Assembly: GCA_020536535.1 (NCBI GenBank)
Contig: JAHLWZ010000880.1
Location: 1 to 61,840 of the forward strand
From: Pelomyxa schiedti
Taxonomy: Eukaryota; Protista; Evosea
DNA length: 61,840 bases
Direction of reading: 5' to 3'
Shown here piece by piece: positions 23,456 through 36,519 of this stretch (position 1 is its first letter; each line of letters begins with the position of its first letter). The position numbers were made by a program, and so were the translations under genes. The notes under the pieces are model-generated. The model was not told where the DNA came from. It was given only the letters and a program-made list of their open reading frames with translations, and searched no databases.

Positions 23456-25532
23456 CTAATGGTGGTTGTGCTGTAGCAGGGACAGAATAGAAATGGCAGT
23501 AAGAACACCAAGGGCAAGGCCAACGTCAGAACCTACAGGGACTGTAACGTGGGTGTCAAGTGAGAACTTCTTTTCTCGCTTCAGAGACACCACAATTTGC
23601 TTGCAGTGCACAAATTCAACTGTTCCGGGTTGTGGGGTCAGGCCTTTTTTGAGAATGGGAATAAAAGAATCGCATACAATGGGATTGAAGGTCCAACAAA
23701 CTCCCCTTCATGTCGATTTTGTCTTCAGCACAAGTTTCGATTTTTCTCCCGTGGAACACACTTGCTATTTCTGTTTCTCCCCTCATAAGTCCAAATCCTT
23801 GTGTCGTGCCAGAAACTTTCTGGATTCTGGTAAGAAAAAACCCCAATTTCTAATACTACACACATATTTGCCATTCAAGATAATTTCTTTGTGTGTGCAA
23901 TCGTGTAGTTCGAACCTTGGGGTAAGTGTCATGATATGCACTTCCGCCTTGAACAGCTTTTTTTCTGGGTCGGATATGAGCTTTGTTTTAAAAATGTGGT
24001 GCAAGTACTTTTGTCCAGAGAAAAGAATTTTCTTTCCGAGCCGGCTGTTGAGACGATGCCCATGCATAGCATCACTTCCACTGGTGCCGTCTTTTAGAAA
24101 TTAGATGTTATGTTGAATAGAGAATGAGCGAACCAGTGGGTTCGGGATAAGCTTGACGTATGAACGTGTTACTGCTGGAGTTACCACTAGCACCTGACCA
24201 GGAGGAGTTGGGTAGCCCCCTGGTGTTACCATGGGCTGTGGGTATGGCTGATAACCCGGCTGTCCAGGCTGTGGATATGGTGGGTACCCCGGCTGCCCTG
24301 GTTGTGGGTATGGTTGATAGCCCGGCTGTCCAGGTTGTGGGTATGGTTGACCTGGCTGTGGATATGGCTGGTATCCGGGTTGGCCTGGTTGTGGATATGG
24401 ATAGCCTGGTTGTGCTTGCCCTGGTTGTGTAGGCTGCTGGTATGGTGGATAGCCGGGCTGCCCTGGCTGTGGTGGATAGCCTGGCTGTGGGGACTGTTGT
24501 GGTGGGTAGCCTGGCTGCCCTGGCTGTGGTGGGTATCCTGGCTGCCCGGGTTGCGGTGGGTACCCTGGTTGACCTGGTTGTGTGGATGGTTGTGGTTGGT
24601 ACCCTGGCTGCCCTGGTTGCCCAGGTTGCATGGATGGTTGTGGTGGGTATCCTGGTTGTCCTGGCTGTGTGGACGGCTGCGAAGTAGGGTATCCCGGCTG
24701 TGGCTGGGCAGGTGTCGGCTGGGGTTGTTGAGCAGGGGTGGAAAGTACTCCTGATGTAGTCAAAGGCTTATTATGCTTTGGGGCCATAGGGGATGCAGTA
24801 GTAGTAACAGAGGGAGAATTGGTCCTAACTTACGTTGAAAAAAAAAATGAAGCTACACTTGACATACAATTCAGAGCAAGAAACAGTAATTTTCAGCACA
24901 CCTTTCTCAACTCCAGTCAGTGGAAGAGAATGGGTTGTTGGAGTTGCTGTAACATCTTGCAAAGAAAACTGCAAGGAAATTAGTGAATAAAAAGGTGAAA
25001 CAAGCACTAACAGCTACTGCGCCAAGGAAATTATCTGTTGTATTTTCGTTATAATCCCAAACCTTGATAGTGTTATAAGATAATTAAGTGAGGAAAGGCC
25101 ATACTGAGAAGGACAATGTCTGATTTCTCTTACATTGGCATGAAAAAGAATAATTCCAAACTGGATTGCATGTGTTAGGCTGCACTGGTGTCTGTGCTTC
25201 ATCCCTTGCTTCTACCTATTAATATATATTGTTACTATGAAAGGAGGAAAAAATTGAAGCATTTTGGCAACATAGAACAAGTTTTTCCGTTTTTAGACAC
25301 TACAACAACGAAAAAGAGGGAAAAAAGGGGAAAAAAAAAAAAAACCAAGAACCTTGTACACGACAATGGGGTCGTTGCAATCGTCCCTCTGCACCAAGTC
25401 GGTGGCTCCCACAATTATGCAATTGAGCGTGATGAGGGGAGCCTTTGATGGCCGGCACGCGGTCCAACTCCCTGAGCGATGCATCCCCAGTCCCTCAGAA
25501 GGCGTTGACGAAGTGGCTTGCGCTGGTTGCAT
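23456..25532 (-). CDS. C2 domain + Pro/Gln/Gly/Tyr repeat + LURP-one/Tubby-like C-terminal domain protein
   Basis: C2: [47 protein letters not shown]. It splices into the [12 protein letters not shown] and ends [19 protein letters not shown]. The LURP assignment is tentative. Confidence 0.68.
24230..24710 (-). repeat. Coding tandem repeat encoding (PQPGQPGYP)n variants
   Basis: Many imperfect copies visible in ORF 24101..24787. Confidence 0.9.
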
Positions 25533-25817
25533 TATTATGGGTGTCGCCTGGCGTTGGGGTGCTTTGACGATTGTTTTTTTTTTGTTTTCGTGCCACTGAT
25601 TTGGTGATTAACGGTTCACATTCAGGCCGTTGATCCTCAAAAAAGGGTCTAACTTCCCCTTACCGGAAGTAAACCGCTGGGTATCATCTGCGACAATTTG
25701 TGAAGAAGTTGGCGCTCAGCGACTCAGAGAAAAGTGTAAGCCGAAGGTGTTTTCGTCTAACTTTGTTTCAAAACCGCCGGCAGTTGTGCTCCGATGAGGT
25801 TCGGGTGGCACACAGAA

Positions 25818-28127
25818 CTACCAATCATAGTACACAAATGGGCCTTGTGGGATTGCATCAATTTCGGCCTTGGTGAGACCCACCTGTTTCATTGTGATTT
25901 CCATGTGAAGAGGTGATTGCCAGACTTCTGTCATAAAGTGTTCCTTCACTGAGGTGGCTGTTATTTCAGGAAACAGCTGCATAATCATCTTCCAAGTGCG
26001 AGCATTTAGACCAGTTGGCAGCTTCCACTTGTGGTGCATTTCTATAACCTGTTGGTATGTTAGTTTGTGTACTTGGTTGTTAATTGAGATGAAACCTCTG
26101 GGAAGGTGACATGGAACTTGTGAATGAACCATTCCGCACAACTTTTCTTGTTGGATTTCAACAAATGCGACAACAAGTGGTTGTTATCCCTCTTGACCTG
26201 TTCTTCACTCAAGTCAAACTGGAGAATAAGCCACTTCACAACTTTTCCAGACTGCAACACAGCCTGTTGGAGGCCATCGGCAATGTCTGATGAAGAGATA
26301 TTAATATGTGATACAATTTGCTTGACTTGTGAAATATCCGCATATGAAACCACAGACTGAACAACAGAGGGTTTGAGGCCAGCGATTGAAACATTGAATG
26401 TCCTTAGTAGAAACAATGAAAGCCCGATGTTTCCATAATCGAGGCTGTGTAAAATAGCTTGCGTAACATCTGTTTCACTGATACGACAGACTGGAGTGTG
26501 AGCTAGAAACCACTGAACACCACTGAGTCCGTGGTTTCTTTTGCAAACCTCCAGGAAAGTCCCTGTGATGGGAATTGAATTCAAACCCTCCATCACATGG
26601 AATTTATCTTCCAGCCATTCTGTGATAGAAATGTTGTTCTTGGCGAGAGACCTAACAAAACACTTGTAGTGGTCTTCTTTTGTGAGAAGTGGGGATGTCG
26701 CAAAGAGACGCTTGACAAGTGAGACATTGTCAGCAGTATTTTTACATGCCCTAATGAAAGTCTTGGAGCTGACTGGGCTAAGGGAGGGAAATGTTGATAG
26801 CATGTACAGTACAGTTTGTTCTTCTGCAAACAGACATGCGGGGTCGAGGATTTCTTTGATTTTTCTTGGTTTCAGACTAAAATTGTTGAGGAGCCACAGG
26901 AGACTCTTTCCATTATCAAGTGGCAATTTAGGACACTTCTCCACTGAAAATAGTGTTTTTAGCCACAGGCAACATTCTTCAAAGTCAACACTCTGGGGGC
27001 CGCGATCCAGATATTCTTCCAGACAATCATATTTGTCGTCAATAGCGAAGACTGAGTTCCCACAATTTGGTTGGCAAAACCACCCACTGCACAACTTCAT
27101 AACTTCCAAACTTGAACTGAGCAAGCAGGTATACAGATAGCAAGACGGCGAATTCCGCGGTTCACTGTTGGCAGGTACCATCCATTCGTTGCAGCGAGAT
27201 ACGACATTAGTGGTACTTGCCAGCCATGTCACCACCTCGATGTTGCCACCTCTCAGAGCAGATTGAAAGGGCCAGACAGTCTCCCAGTCCTCTTTTCCCA
27301 CACCAAACGTTGACATCACCCACTTCACGGTTTCTAGACTGCCTCCCCGGCACGCATCAAACAGCAGGCTTTTGGAATTATCAATGATGTCATTCATCTC
27401 CCTGATGTCATCCATTAAGTCCGGATCACCCATAGGCCACCACAGGGAGCCTCCCCTCCACGGTCTATCCCTACTGCTCTCAACAAGTTCTTGGGCCATC
27501 TTCAGGTGACACCCTATAAAAGAATGCATACATTGTATAGTGTTAGTATTTCTCCCACACCGCGATGATATATGCGTTGTTCACAAAGTATTTAATAAAG
27601 TCGTTAATTAAGGGAGCGTGGAATTCCCTAAAAAACATCACACCAGCACAAAGTCCCCTCAAAACAGTGACGCACTCCTTCCTCATGTTCCGCGACTTTG
27701 CAGGGTCCCCCTCTCCCTCTCCCTCTCCCTCGCCTATGGCGACGCCGCCGCGGCTGCCGTGCCTCGCAATCCACTCGATGCACCGGGTGCTCCCGGCCGC
27801 AGCGGCCAGCTTCAGGCCAAAGTAGCGCGAGGTGTGGCGCACCCAGTGGCGCGAGACCTCCTGTGTGCGGTTGAACTCGTACTCCTCGTCCAGGGGGACC
27901 TCGGCGGCCAGGACGGCGCGGCAGGCCCGCGGGACCAGCGGGAACAGGGCGTCCGCGAGGCCCAGGAGCCACGTGCACTCGCGGACGGCGAGGGGCGCGC
28001 CTCGGTCGACGCAGGGCCGCAGGACCAGCGGCCCAACGACGTGGTCCCACACCACGCGGGACACCACCAATATGCTGGAGCCACTGTGTGTAAGTGTATC
28101 TGGATCCCGTGGAGCCGTGGAGTCCAT
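25818..28127 (-). CDS. Degenerate ankyrin-like repeat protein of a probable lineage-expanded family
   Basis: ACRGGSLETVKWV, ALRGGNIEVVTWL, LAKNNISITEWL and LDYGNIGLSLFL in long ORFs 27543..28250, 26060..27529 and 25818..26141, joined by short introns. Confidence 0.72.
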
Positions 28128-28288
28128 TCCCGACCCTAATTCCAGGTTAAAGTACCTAAAGCGTGATGAGATGGGACTAATTTGTCTGGGCCACAGACCG
28201 AACATAATAAAAGAGAATTCTCCACGCGCCTCTTCACGACCTCCGCACATAAAGTAAAGAAGGATTCGTTACAGATTTTTTACAAAGG

Positions 28289-29880
28289 CTAGAACAGGAG
28301 CCAGAGCAAAAGGCCAATACACAGTGGGCTACTTAGTGTGGCCCCACCATCTGTGACCCCACCATCTTGTTCAGCCACTCCGACAGTAAGGGCGGCAATG
28401 CCTTCAGCTGAGCCAGGTTGGTCGCGAAGAATCTTGCACTTCCGCCCAAAGGAAACAGTTTCCTTCTTGAATCCCCAGTTGATTGTGCATGTGGCCGCGA
28501 GCTGGACAACCTCCCCGTTGGGGTCTGGGAAGATGCTGGGATCAAGGTACGCACTGTTTCGTGGCAGTGAGAAAAAAACAAAGTGGGGGGAAAAAAAGGA
28601 GGAAGAAGGAAATCACCTGAACTCGTTCTCCAGAGGGGTCACAACGAGTGATTCCGTGTCGAAAATGTCGAGGCTCTCCATGTCAATGTACGAACCCAAC
28701 AGGTTTCCAGACCAGTCATAGATGAACATGTCGGTGACGCAATCGCAGTTTTCGCCAGGAGTCCCACCGGTGGTTGCGATGATCTCCTCAATCGTGATTG
28801 CTTTTCATTGGTTGTTTGTTTTGCGTGCTCAAAATCAGGCTTAAAAAAACAAAGAGAGAGTAAGGGGCACACATACTTGTTCCTGATCCGAAGTATGCGT
28901 CAAATTCACCATCCTCGTTGTATGTTCTCATTGTGATGTATGCCTCCTGCGTTGTCTCAGAGCAGTCGGGAATGCCAATGGTGATGGTTGCATTGAAGGA
29001 TGAGAACTCGCTGAGAACATATGCGTTGCAAGTGGGATCCCCGTCTAGGCAACCAACCAGGAACTGTACCGTGAAGGTGCCGTAGACCATGCAGTCAAAT
29101 TTGGGATATATTGTCATTGTCCCAGTTGCCGAGGAATAAGAATGAAGCGCGGTATCGATATCCGTGGTTAGAACAACAGCGGCATTGACGTAGCTCGTTG
29201 GGAAAGATAACGGCTTGGGATTTATGCTGGTGACGTAAAAGGGAGCAGTGACAGAGGCCTTGATGTCACAAGAGACGGCGCCATACATCACCCCACAATA
29301 ACCTGAAACCCACGCACCCCAGCTTGGGTCATAATCATTAATGGTAGGAATCAGCATCACCTGGAGAAGGGTGGGGGAAAACTCTAAGAAAAAGAGATAT
29401 GCAACATACATCATTGAAGATGCCATACAGAACTGTTGTGCTTATTGTACCGTCGATATTGGTATTGGAGTACATTTCGTCGGTGATCTCCTTCACTGCG
29501 GTGTTGATCTGGTACCCAGTTTCGGTCTTGGCTGCGGATGTCGCACAGTGTGTGCTGTACTCGTCGGAATCGAAGTCCTTTGTGACTGTCCTGACACATC
29601 CGTTTGTTCCACTCGTTGTCAGATTCCACCCATTGTGGTCGGAAGACCAGTAGTTGCACATCGTGTTGTTCAAGGCATCAGTGAACTCGAGTGAGCCCAG
29701 GGAGTGGTCGCACACAGTGACAGTGATGATGCTGCCGTGGGAGGTGGTGTACACCACCGTCATGTACCGGTTGCCGTTGACAACACTCCATGACATGTAG
29801 TCGTTGTATGTGCAGTCGGGCATGTCCGTCGTGGCTCCAACAGCCGAGGCCACCACGCACAACGCCAGCATCCACTTCAT
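28289..29880 (-). CDS. Cys-rich secreted/GPI-type surface protein, family member 1 (modules A-B-C)
   Basis: Signal MKWMLALCVVASAVGA, hydrophobic C-terminus LCIGLLLWLLF*. Clear homology to 33207-34305 and 36520-39186. Confidence 0.8.
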
Positions 29881-30329
29881 AAGAACCAGGGTGGTTTTCC
29901 CACACAAGTGGGAAAACTTTTCCTTTTTGAAGAAGTTTTTGGTTGCACCAGGACATCCCTGTACGCTGCACAAGATCCCTCTTTTCGCATTTTATTGTTC
30001 ACCCGTGCACCAGAAAGGTACGAAAGAAAGGGAATGTGTATTTCTTAGTCTGGTATCACTTTTATTACAAGTTTTTGATACCATAGGTCCAGGCCATGTG
30101 TGGCATAGTACATTAGAAGAGTAACTTGGCCTGCAATTTCAAACAGTGCCTCTGATTATTATGGAGTGAATTCGAAAGTTCTCCCGGCCGGCACATACCG
30201 AGTGACCTTGCGGGCTCTTCGTCCCCCTTTATTAGCGATATAATACACATACAAATCAATAGTACAGGTGTTACTATGGATAAAATAGCTCTGGCAAGTT
30301 TTCCAGTGGGGTGAATCTAGTAGGACTTA

Positions 30330-31147
30330 TTAATCATAGGGCGGAAATTTCTCATACATAATCGGAGCCTGGGTGAATTGAAAAGGATTCCAGAACGTAC
30401 ATAGTCCACATATGGAAAATGCCAAAGGTAAAGTAGAAACCAGCTGCAATTCCATGTATGTCCCCTTCACTCTCCTTTCCAAGAACCAAACCCACAAACC
30501 CAGATTAACAATGAGCAAGTATTCCAATATGAATGACAGGGTCTAACAGAAATAAGAGAAAATATTATATGCTGTACCGGAAAGCACAGCACTAACAGCA
30601 GTCCAACCCAGGCTGCTACCCCAAACACAGCCGATAATACATTCAATTTCCTAGCATGATTTGAGCAACACAGTCTTCTCCTCGCCCTTTGTCCCCCAGC
30701 TTCCTCCCCATCGTCATTCAGTTCCACCGGGATTCCAGATTCCACCACTGAACCTTCACTTGGACTTACAGAACTTGCCGCACTTGCATCACTCTCCGCA
30801 CCTGATGAAGAGGTATCCGCGTGCCCCACACTCTTCTTTTTATTGTGTTGTGTGTGGCTGCTACTGAGTGACAGTGCCTCAATTGGTTTACTGTGCCTGA
30901 GTTTATGCGAAATCGGGCGGCTGAGCGAGAGGGCGCGGGCCACAGGGCCTCCCATAAGTGCGAAGCAACAGAGCGACAGGAAGAATGCACCGAAGCAGCG
31001 CTCAGGGGGTTGGTTTACGGTGTCTGATATGAACGGGATGGCGCCCTTGGGCACGTGGCCCAGCCCAAAAGCCGTCGAGAAAGTGGCCACCATCGTGAGC
31101 ACGAAAACAACGGGAGGCACAAAGCAACACACAATGGAGACGAGCAT
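30330..31147 (-). CDS. Frag1/DRAM/TMEM150-family membrane protein (3' end uncertain)
   Basis: IPFISDTVNQPPERCFG motif, compare PYISDTG..PPESC. Several TM helices. Confidence 0.72.
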
Positions 31148-31253
31148 TTTGGCAGGAGACCTTGGTTCGTTTTTTTTTTGTTTTGCCTGTTGTTTTGATC
31201 AAATCAACAACATGTAAGAACGAAGCGGAATAACTGAGGAATGGTATCTAGCC

Positions 31254-33119
31254 CTACCCTAGGAAGGGAGGCTTTGGTTGGTATGAAATCTGTACAGGTG
31301 GGTTGTTAGATGCTGGAAATGCTTTGGGCAAGCGCACCGTCAGTGAATCTGTGCGGGTCAAACAGAGACCTTTGATTAAACTTTCAATACTGTTGGTACT
31401 GAAGTGTGACAGGCAGAACTCCTTTTGCGAAAGTGGTAGTTCGTCGAATGGTAGCCAAACGCAACGCCCTACATCGGCTATGTTTCCTCCACATTCCTTG
31501 GAATTCTTCTTAAGATGAACAAGTGAATGAGTTTCAAACCTTGCATGTTGAACTTGTCTTGTCATTCCAGGCACCCCAATTTATGGGTATGGCCATTGAG
31601 CAAGCTTTGCACCTGGGCAAGTATAATGCAAATAAATTAAATCGTTCCGCTGTACCGCCATTTGTTGCCATCTGGTATGCCGTCCAAGGAAGTTATTATA
31701 GCTGTCTGTTCTGCTGTAGATGCGTGGCATACAGATTCGTAAAAAAATTCGGTACCAGTGATTTGTTTGCGAGAAAGAACTTGAACTACGTCCCATTTGG
31801 ACAGTGCATCCCTGTAACTGTTTAGCAATGCCAAATATGAAAATTTTAGGGTGGAAATTCACACTCATTAATTGCTTCAAATTTGAATCTTACATGAGAA
31901 AGAAGAGGACCAGAGGGTGGCATGCCATTGTAGTGGAAACATCTGTAGTCTACACCCTGATGCAGCTGTTTTAGGGATACAAAGATAAATGTGATGAAAA
32001 CCCGTTTTATGCATGATCCCTCTAAATCCCTGAGTAGAGTTTCATCGGTGCAAAAAAAGCACGTTATGTGTGCAACACCGTGAATAACCCAAACGGGAAA
32101 CTTTGGATGCCGGAAGTGTGTGTGGAGAGAAGATTGTGGAGTAAGTCTATCTTGAAGTAAATCCAAATCTAACTGTCCAATGCAAGGTCTCTCCCGCGGT
32201 GCCCTGGAAAGAACTGGTAGTGCCTCCCCGCATGTTATGAGACTAGTCATAGGCTAGAGATAAATTGATATGAGGAGTCTTTCTTTGGTTGTTGGCAAAC
32301 CGGCGATGTGGCCATCATTTCGGTAATGGTATCTCTTTGAGTCCAAACAAGTGAATACAGATAGAATACTACCCCAGCAGGACCCTGGAAAATTGGAAGT
32401 AGTTCTAGTATACCAGACAAAGTGAGGAAGTAAAATATTAGTTTTCCTATTACCGATTATGGTAGAATACAATAATTGCTCATTGTCAACTGGGATCCTG
32501 CGAACCACCAACTCCTCCTCCATCGGGCTATGGGGAATTGGGGCACCTGGCCGTGGGATGACCAGTGCCACACTTGTTGCGCCTCCGTCTTTAGCACACC
32601 GTGCCACTTGAAGAAGTGATGCAAAGATAGCCGAAGTGAGATATAACTGGGGTCTACTAAGGCGGGCGGAAGAGCAACAACCTCTGTTCTTTGGTGAGAA
32701 CACAGAATGTGTTTGTATCATCCTAAGTAAACTCACGCAGATACGTCAGGCAGATTCAAAAATCCCAGTTTGAATAAGGCGATCCAGGCTTGGACGGAAC
32801 CCAAAACACCACAAGCTCCGTTTCTTACCTGCTTCAGGCAACAACTTGACCCATCAGCATCAATTATGGGAGACTCAGGAGTCGGCGTCGTCGAGGCAGT
32901 AGCAAGAATAGAAGAAGAATTAGATGCGATTGTCGTACACTGCGTGGGGAACGTTGACGACGGCGGGACGTTTTGGGGAAACGTAGTGGATTCGTACAAA
33001 GGCGCGAAGCAGAAGCCCTCGTTGTACCACGGCTCGAAATATTTGGTGTGGGGTGAAGCCAATTTCTTATGGGGCCACAACACCCAATGCACGAACTTGG
33101 ACGCACCCTCTTCTTGCAT
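31254..33119 (-). CDS. MINDY-3/4 (DUF4205/FAM188) family deubiquitinase, multi-exon
   Basis: Cys motif LKQVRNGACGVLGSVQA (compare Q..GGPCGVLAAVQA) and His motif HPKFPVWVIHGVAHITCFF (compare P..PIWV....H..VLF), followed by HYNGM. Confidence 0.78.
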
Positions 33120-33206
33120 TCCAACGAATTTAAATTCTGTTACAACCAGCTTTTCCAGGAAAGACGGAAAAATTTTTCATTCCGAGGGTTTTGAATTCCT
33201 TTTCCA

Positions 33207-34305
33207 ATGTTCAATTGTCTGTGTCCACTGGCTTTGTGCGTGGTGGCCTCGGCAGTTGCGGCGGGTGGAACTGACATGTCGTACTGCACATACGACGACT
33301 ACATGTCATGGAGTGTTGCCAACGGCAACCGACACATGATTACCAACCACCACGACAACTTCATCACTGTCACTGTGTGCGACTACTCCCTGGGCTCACT
33401 CGAGTTCACTGGTTCCTTGGACAACACGATGTGCAATTACTGGTCGACCAACCACAACGGGTGGAACCTGACAACGAGTGGAAAAAACGGATGTGTCAGG
33501 ACAGTCACAAAGGACTTCGATGCCGACGAGTACTACATACACTGTGCCACAGCCGCATCCAAGACTGAAAGTGGGTACCAGCTCAACACCGCAGTGAAGG
33601 AGCTTACTGATGTAATGTACTCTGGAACCAATATTGACGGTACAATAAGCACCGCCGTTCTCAATGGGGTATTCCATGATGTAAGTAAGTTCTTTCCTGT
33701 CTTTTTTTTATAATTATTATTAGATGCTGGTATATGAAGCATGGCTCATAATGAGAACATACAACGAGGATGGTGAACTTGACGCAACCTTCAGAGCAGG
33801 AACAAGTATATGTTGCCCTCTTCTCTCTCAGTTTTTTAAAAAAACTGAATTTGGCACACAATTAACAAACAATGAAAAGCAATCACGATTGAGGAGAACA
33901 TCACAACCACTGGTGGGACTCCTGGTGAAGACTGTGATTGCGTCACCGACATGTACATCTATGACTGGTCTGGAAACCTGTTGGGTTCATACCTTGACAT
34001 GGAGAGCCTCTCCATTTTCGCCACGAAATCACTTGTTGTGACCCCTCTGGAGAACAAGTTCAGGTAACTTCCTTCTTCCCCTTTTTGTCTTTTTCAGCAA
34101 ACAAAACAGTGCGTACCTTGATCCCAGCATCTTCCCAGACCCCAACGGGGAGGTTGTTCTGCTGGAGGCCACATGCCAGATCAACTGGGGATCAGCTGCA
34201 GGTTATGCTGACGTCGCTGTAGGTTTACCTGAACCTGATCCCAGTACAATGGTAACCCCAGGTGGAGCCTTGTGGCTTTTTTTAGTTTTGGTTGGAGCTG
34301 TGTAG
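33207..34305 (+). CDS. Cys-rich surface protein, family member 2 (modules A-C; module B absent)
   Basis: Signal LALCVVASAVAA. Modules A and C are closely similar to 28289-29880, with similarity extending into introns. Hydrophobic end ALWLFLVLVGAV*. Confidence 0.8.
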
Positions 34306-34811
34306 TGTCAGAGAGCAAGTTCCAAGAATCATTGGGAAACTTAGTTTGGGACAGAGCCGGCCATTCACAGGAACAACCGGAGTGTTCATTCTAATGGCCT
34401 TTCCTTGGTTCCCCCACCGTTGTACCACAGAAAGATTGTAAATAGGAATCATATCTGGGTCAAAGGGCGGCTGTTTTTTTCCCTATCACTTTCCTGTAAA
34501 AAAAGCCATTTTTCCTGGGCTGTTTTAACAAGGAAAAAAAAACAAGGAAAGGGTGGCTGTTTTACCATTGGGGAAAAGCCATTGTTTTTTCACTGTTTTT
34601 AACAGGTTTGAGTCAGCAACATGTAGACAAGGTGGACAGTTGGTATTTCTAAGGGGAAAATTTTTTTGTATTGTTACAGTGCATTATCCTTGTGCAACCT
34701 TTCCTTTCTCTTTGATTACTTATCTCCAATTAGAGGAGAAGAAAGGTTGGTCTGAGCATCTTGGATGGCGTTAATGTTGGGAGAGTTTGTGTGCTGGTTA
34801 AGTGTGGGTTC

Positions 34812-34905
34812 TGTTTCTTGTTTCTTGTTTCTTGTTTCTTGTTGTGTGTTGTGTGTTGTGTGTTGTGTGTTGTGTGTTGTGTGTTGTGTGTTGTGTGTTG
34901 TGTGT
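34812..34905 (+). repeat. Compound heptamer microsatellite: (TTTCTTG)~4 then (TGTGTTG)~9
   Basis: Directly visible. Followed by (GGCGTC/GGTGTT) hexamer repeats at about 34988-35062. Confidence 0.9.
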
Positions 34906-36519
34906 TCTTCAGTGTGTTTGTGTCAGTGTTGGGCAAGTTTTTCTGAGGGTGTTGGTGTGGGTTTGTGTTGCCCTCAGTGCAGGCAAGGCGTTGGTGTTGG
35001 TGGTGTTGGCGTAGGTGTAGGCGTCGTCGGCGTCTTCGGCGTCGGCGTCGGCGTCGTAGGTGTATTACGTGGAGTCCGGTCAGCCCTGGTGGTGAGGGGC
35101 TGGCGTCGTTGTAGGCCTCAGTGGCACAGCTGATGGCGTGGGCGCCGGCGCTGTTGGGTAAACCTTCACCCCTTCACTCGGTATGTTGCTGCTGTTGTTC
35201 CCAACACCGCCGCTCGACGCCTACACATACGTGGGTGCCGACACCCACAGCGACACCAACAGCCTTTTCTGATCGTTTTCGAAAAAAACGGAGACTGGAC
35301 AAATCTGTTGCTGTAGGCAGAGTACTGTTGTTGTTGCTGCCCCTTTTTACTTCCCTATTGTTGTACTACACTGTTGTTTGTAACCGTGACTTTCCAGCCA
35401 GAACAAACACCCTTCGATTAATCACGCTCCTGTGCTGTTTTGATCGTCTAGCCACAAGGGGACACATTTTCCTTTCATGCCCACCACTTCCTGAAGTAAC
35501 AGCCGCCCTTTGATCCAGATATGCCTAATAACAAAAATAATTCTTCCTGATAGACACTATCACACACAACTCAAATGGGAACGAGAGTCTTATCAGTAGG
35601 CATCCCTCTAGATATGCTGTAGGGTGATCCATGGTAATTGAGGGCATTGTTGCATTGTTGCTTTGTTGGAACAAAGTTGTTCATAACTGGATCATGGGGT
35701 GGAGGTTTTGGGGCAAAGGTGTTTCTTATCTATAACACTGACACCTTCACCCTTTTTGGGATTGGAGGTGAGGCAATACGGAGGTGGTGTGGTGAGGTGA
35801 CTTCATGTTGCTGTAGTTCAATCCCTTACTGTTGGTGCCTCCAGTGGGGCAGCATGTTCTGTGATGGCTGCCTTGGGGGGGCTACAACAGAGTGTTGGTG
35901 TTGTCCCCTTTAGCTAACAAAGAACAGCAGCACCTGCTTCCTCTCAACCAAAATCAATTCGGCCACCAGAACCTAAAAAACCTAGGCTGCAACAGAAGCT
36001 GACTGTGAGATGGTCTTCTCCTGGGAAGGTTGTATGCACAACTCCTGCACTGATCTGACCGTTCTCTGACAGGGAAGCTTCCTAGTCTTCACACACTAGT
36101 ACTTTGAGTGGCTGTTTTTACAGGCCAACCCTGTGATCCAGATATGAGATCACATGGCATGATCCAATAACCCAAAAAATTAACAATGTAGTCCCAATGG
36201 TAAGTGGAAAAAACCCATCAGCTATTCTCAGGTTGAAATGTGAAAGTAAGCACAGGGGAAAAAACAAACTGGAAAAACGAAATAAAACAGAAGCCAGACG
36301 AACGCACCACACCCAGCGCACCAGTCGCCGCACTTCCTCACGTGTAGTCGCCTCGACTCTCACCTGCCCTCGCACCATTGATCCAGCTGTATCGCCACCC
36401 AAAAAAAAGGGCCCATATGAGCTTCAGCTTGCTGAAGAACCCCTTTTTTCAAGCATATTCTTGTAGTTCTGAGCCAAGTACATTTCTTTGTTTATTTTTC
36501 CTTCGCGTACCTTTTTTTT

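Noticed and set aside
34812-34905. Telomeric repeat or CRISPR array
   Set aside because: Short internal heptamer microsatellite with no spacers, in a eukaryotic context.
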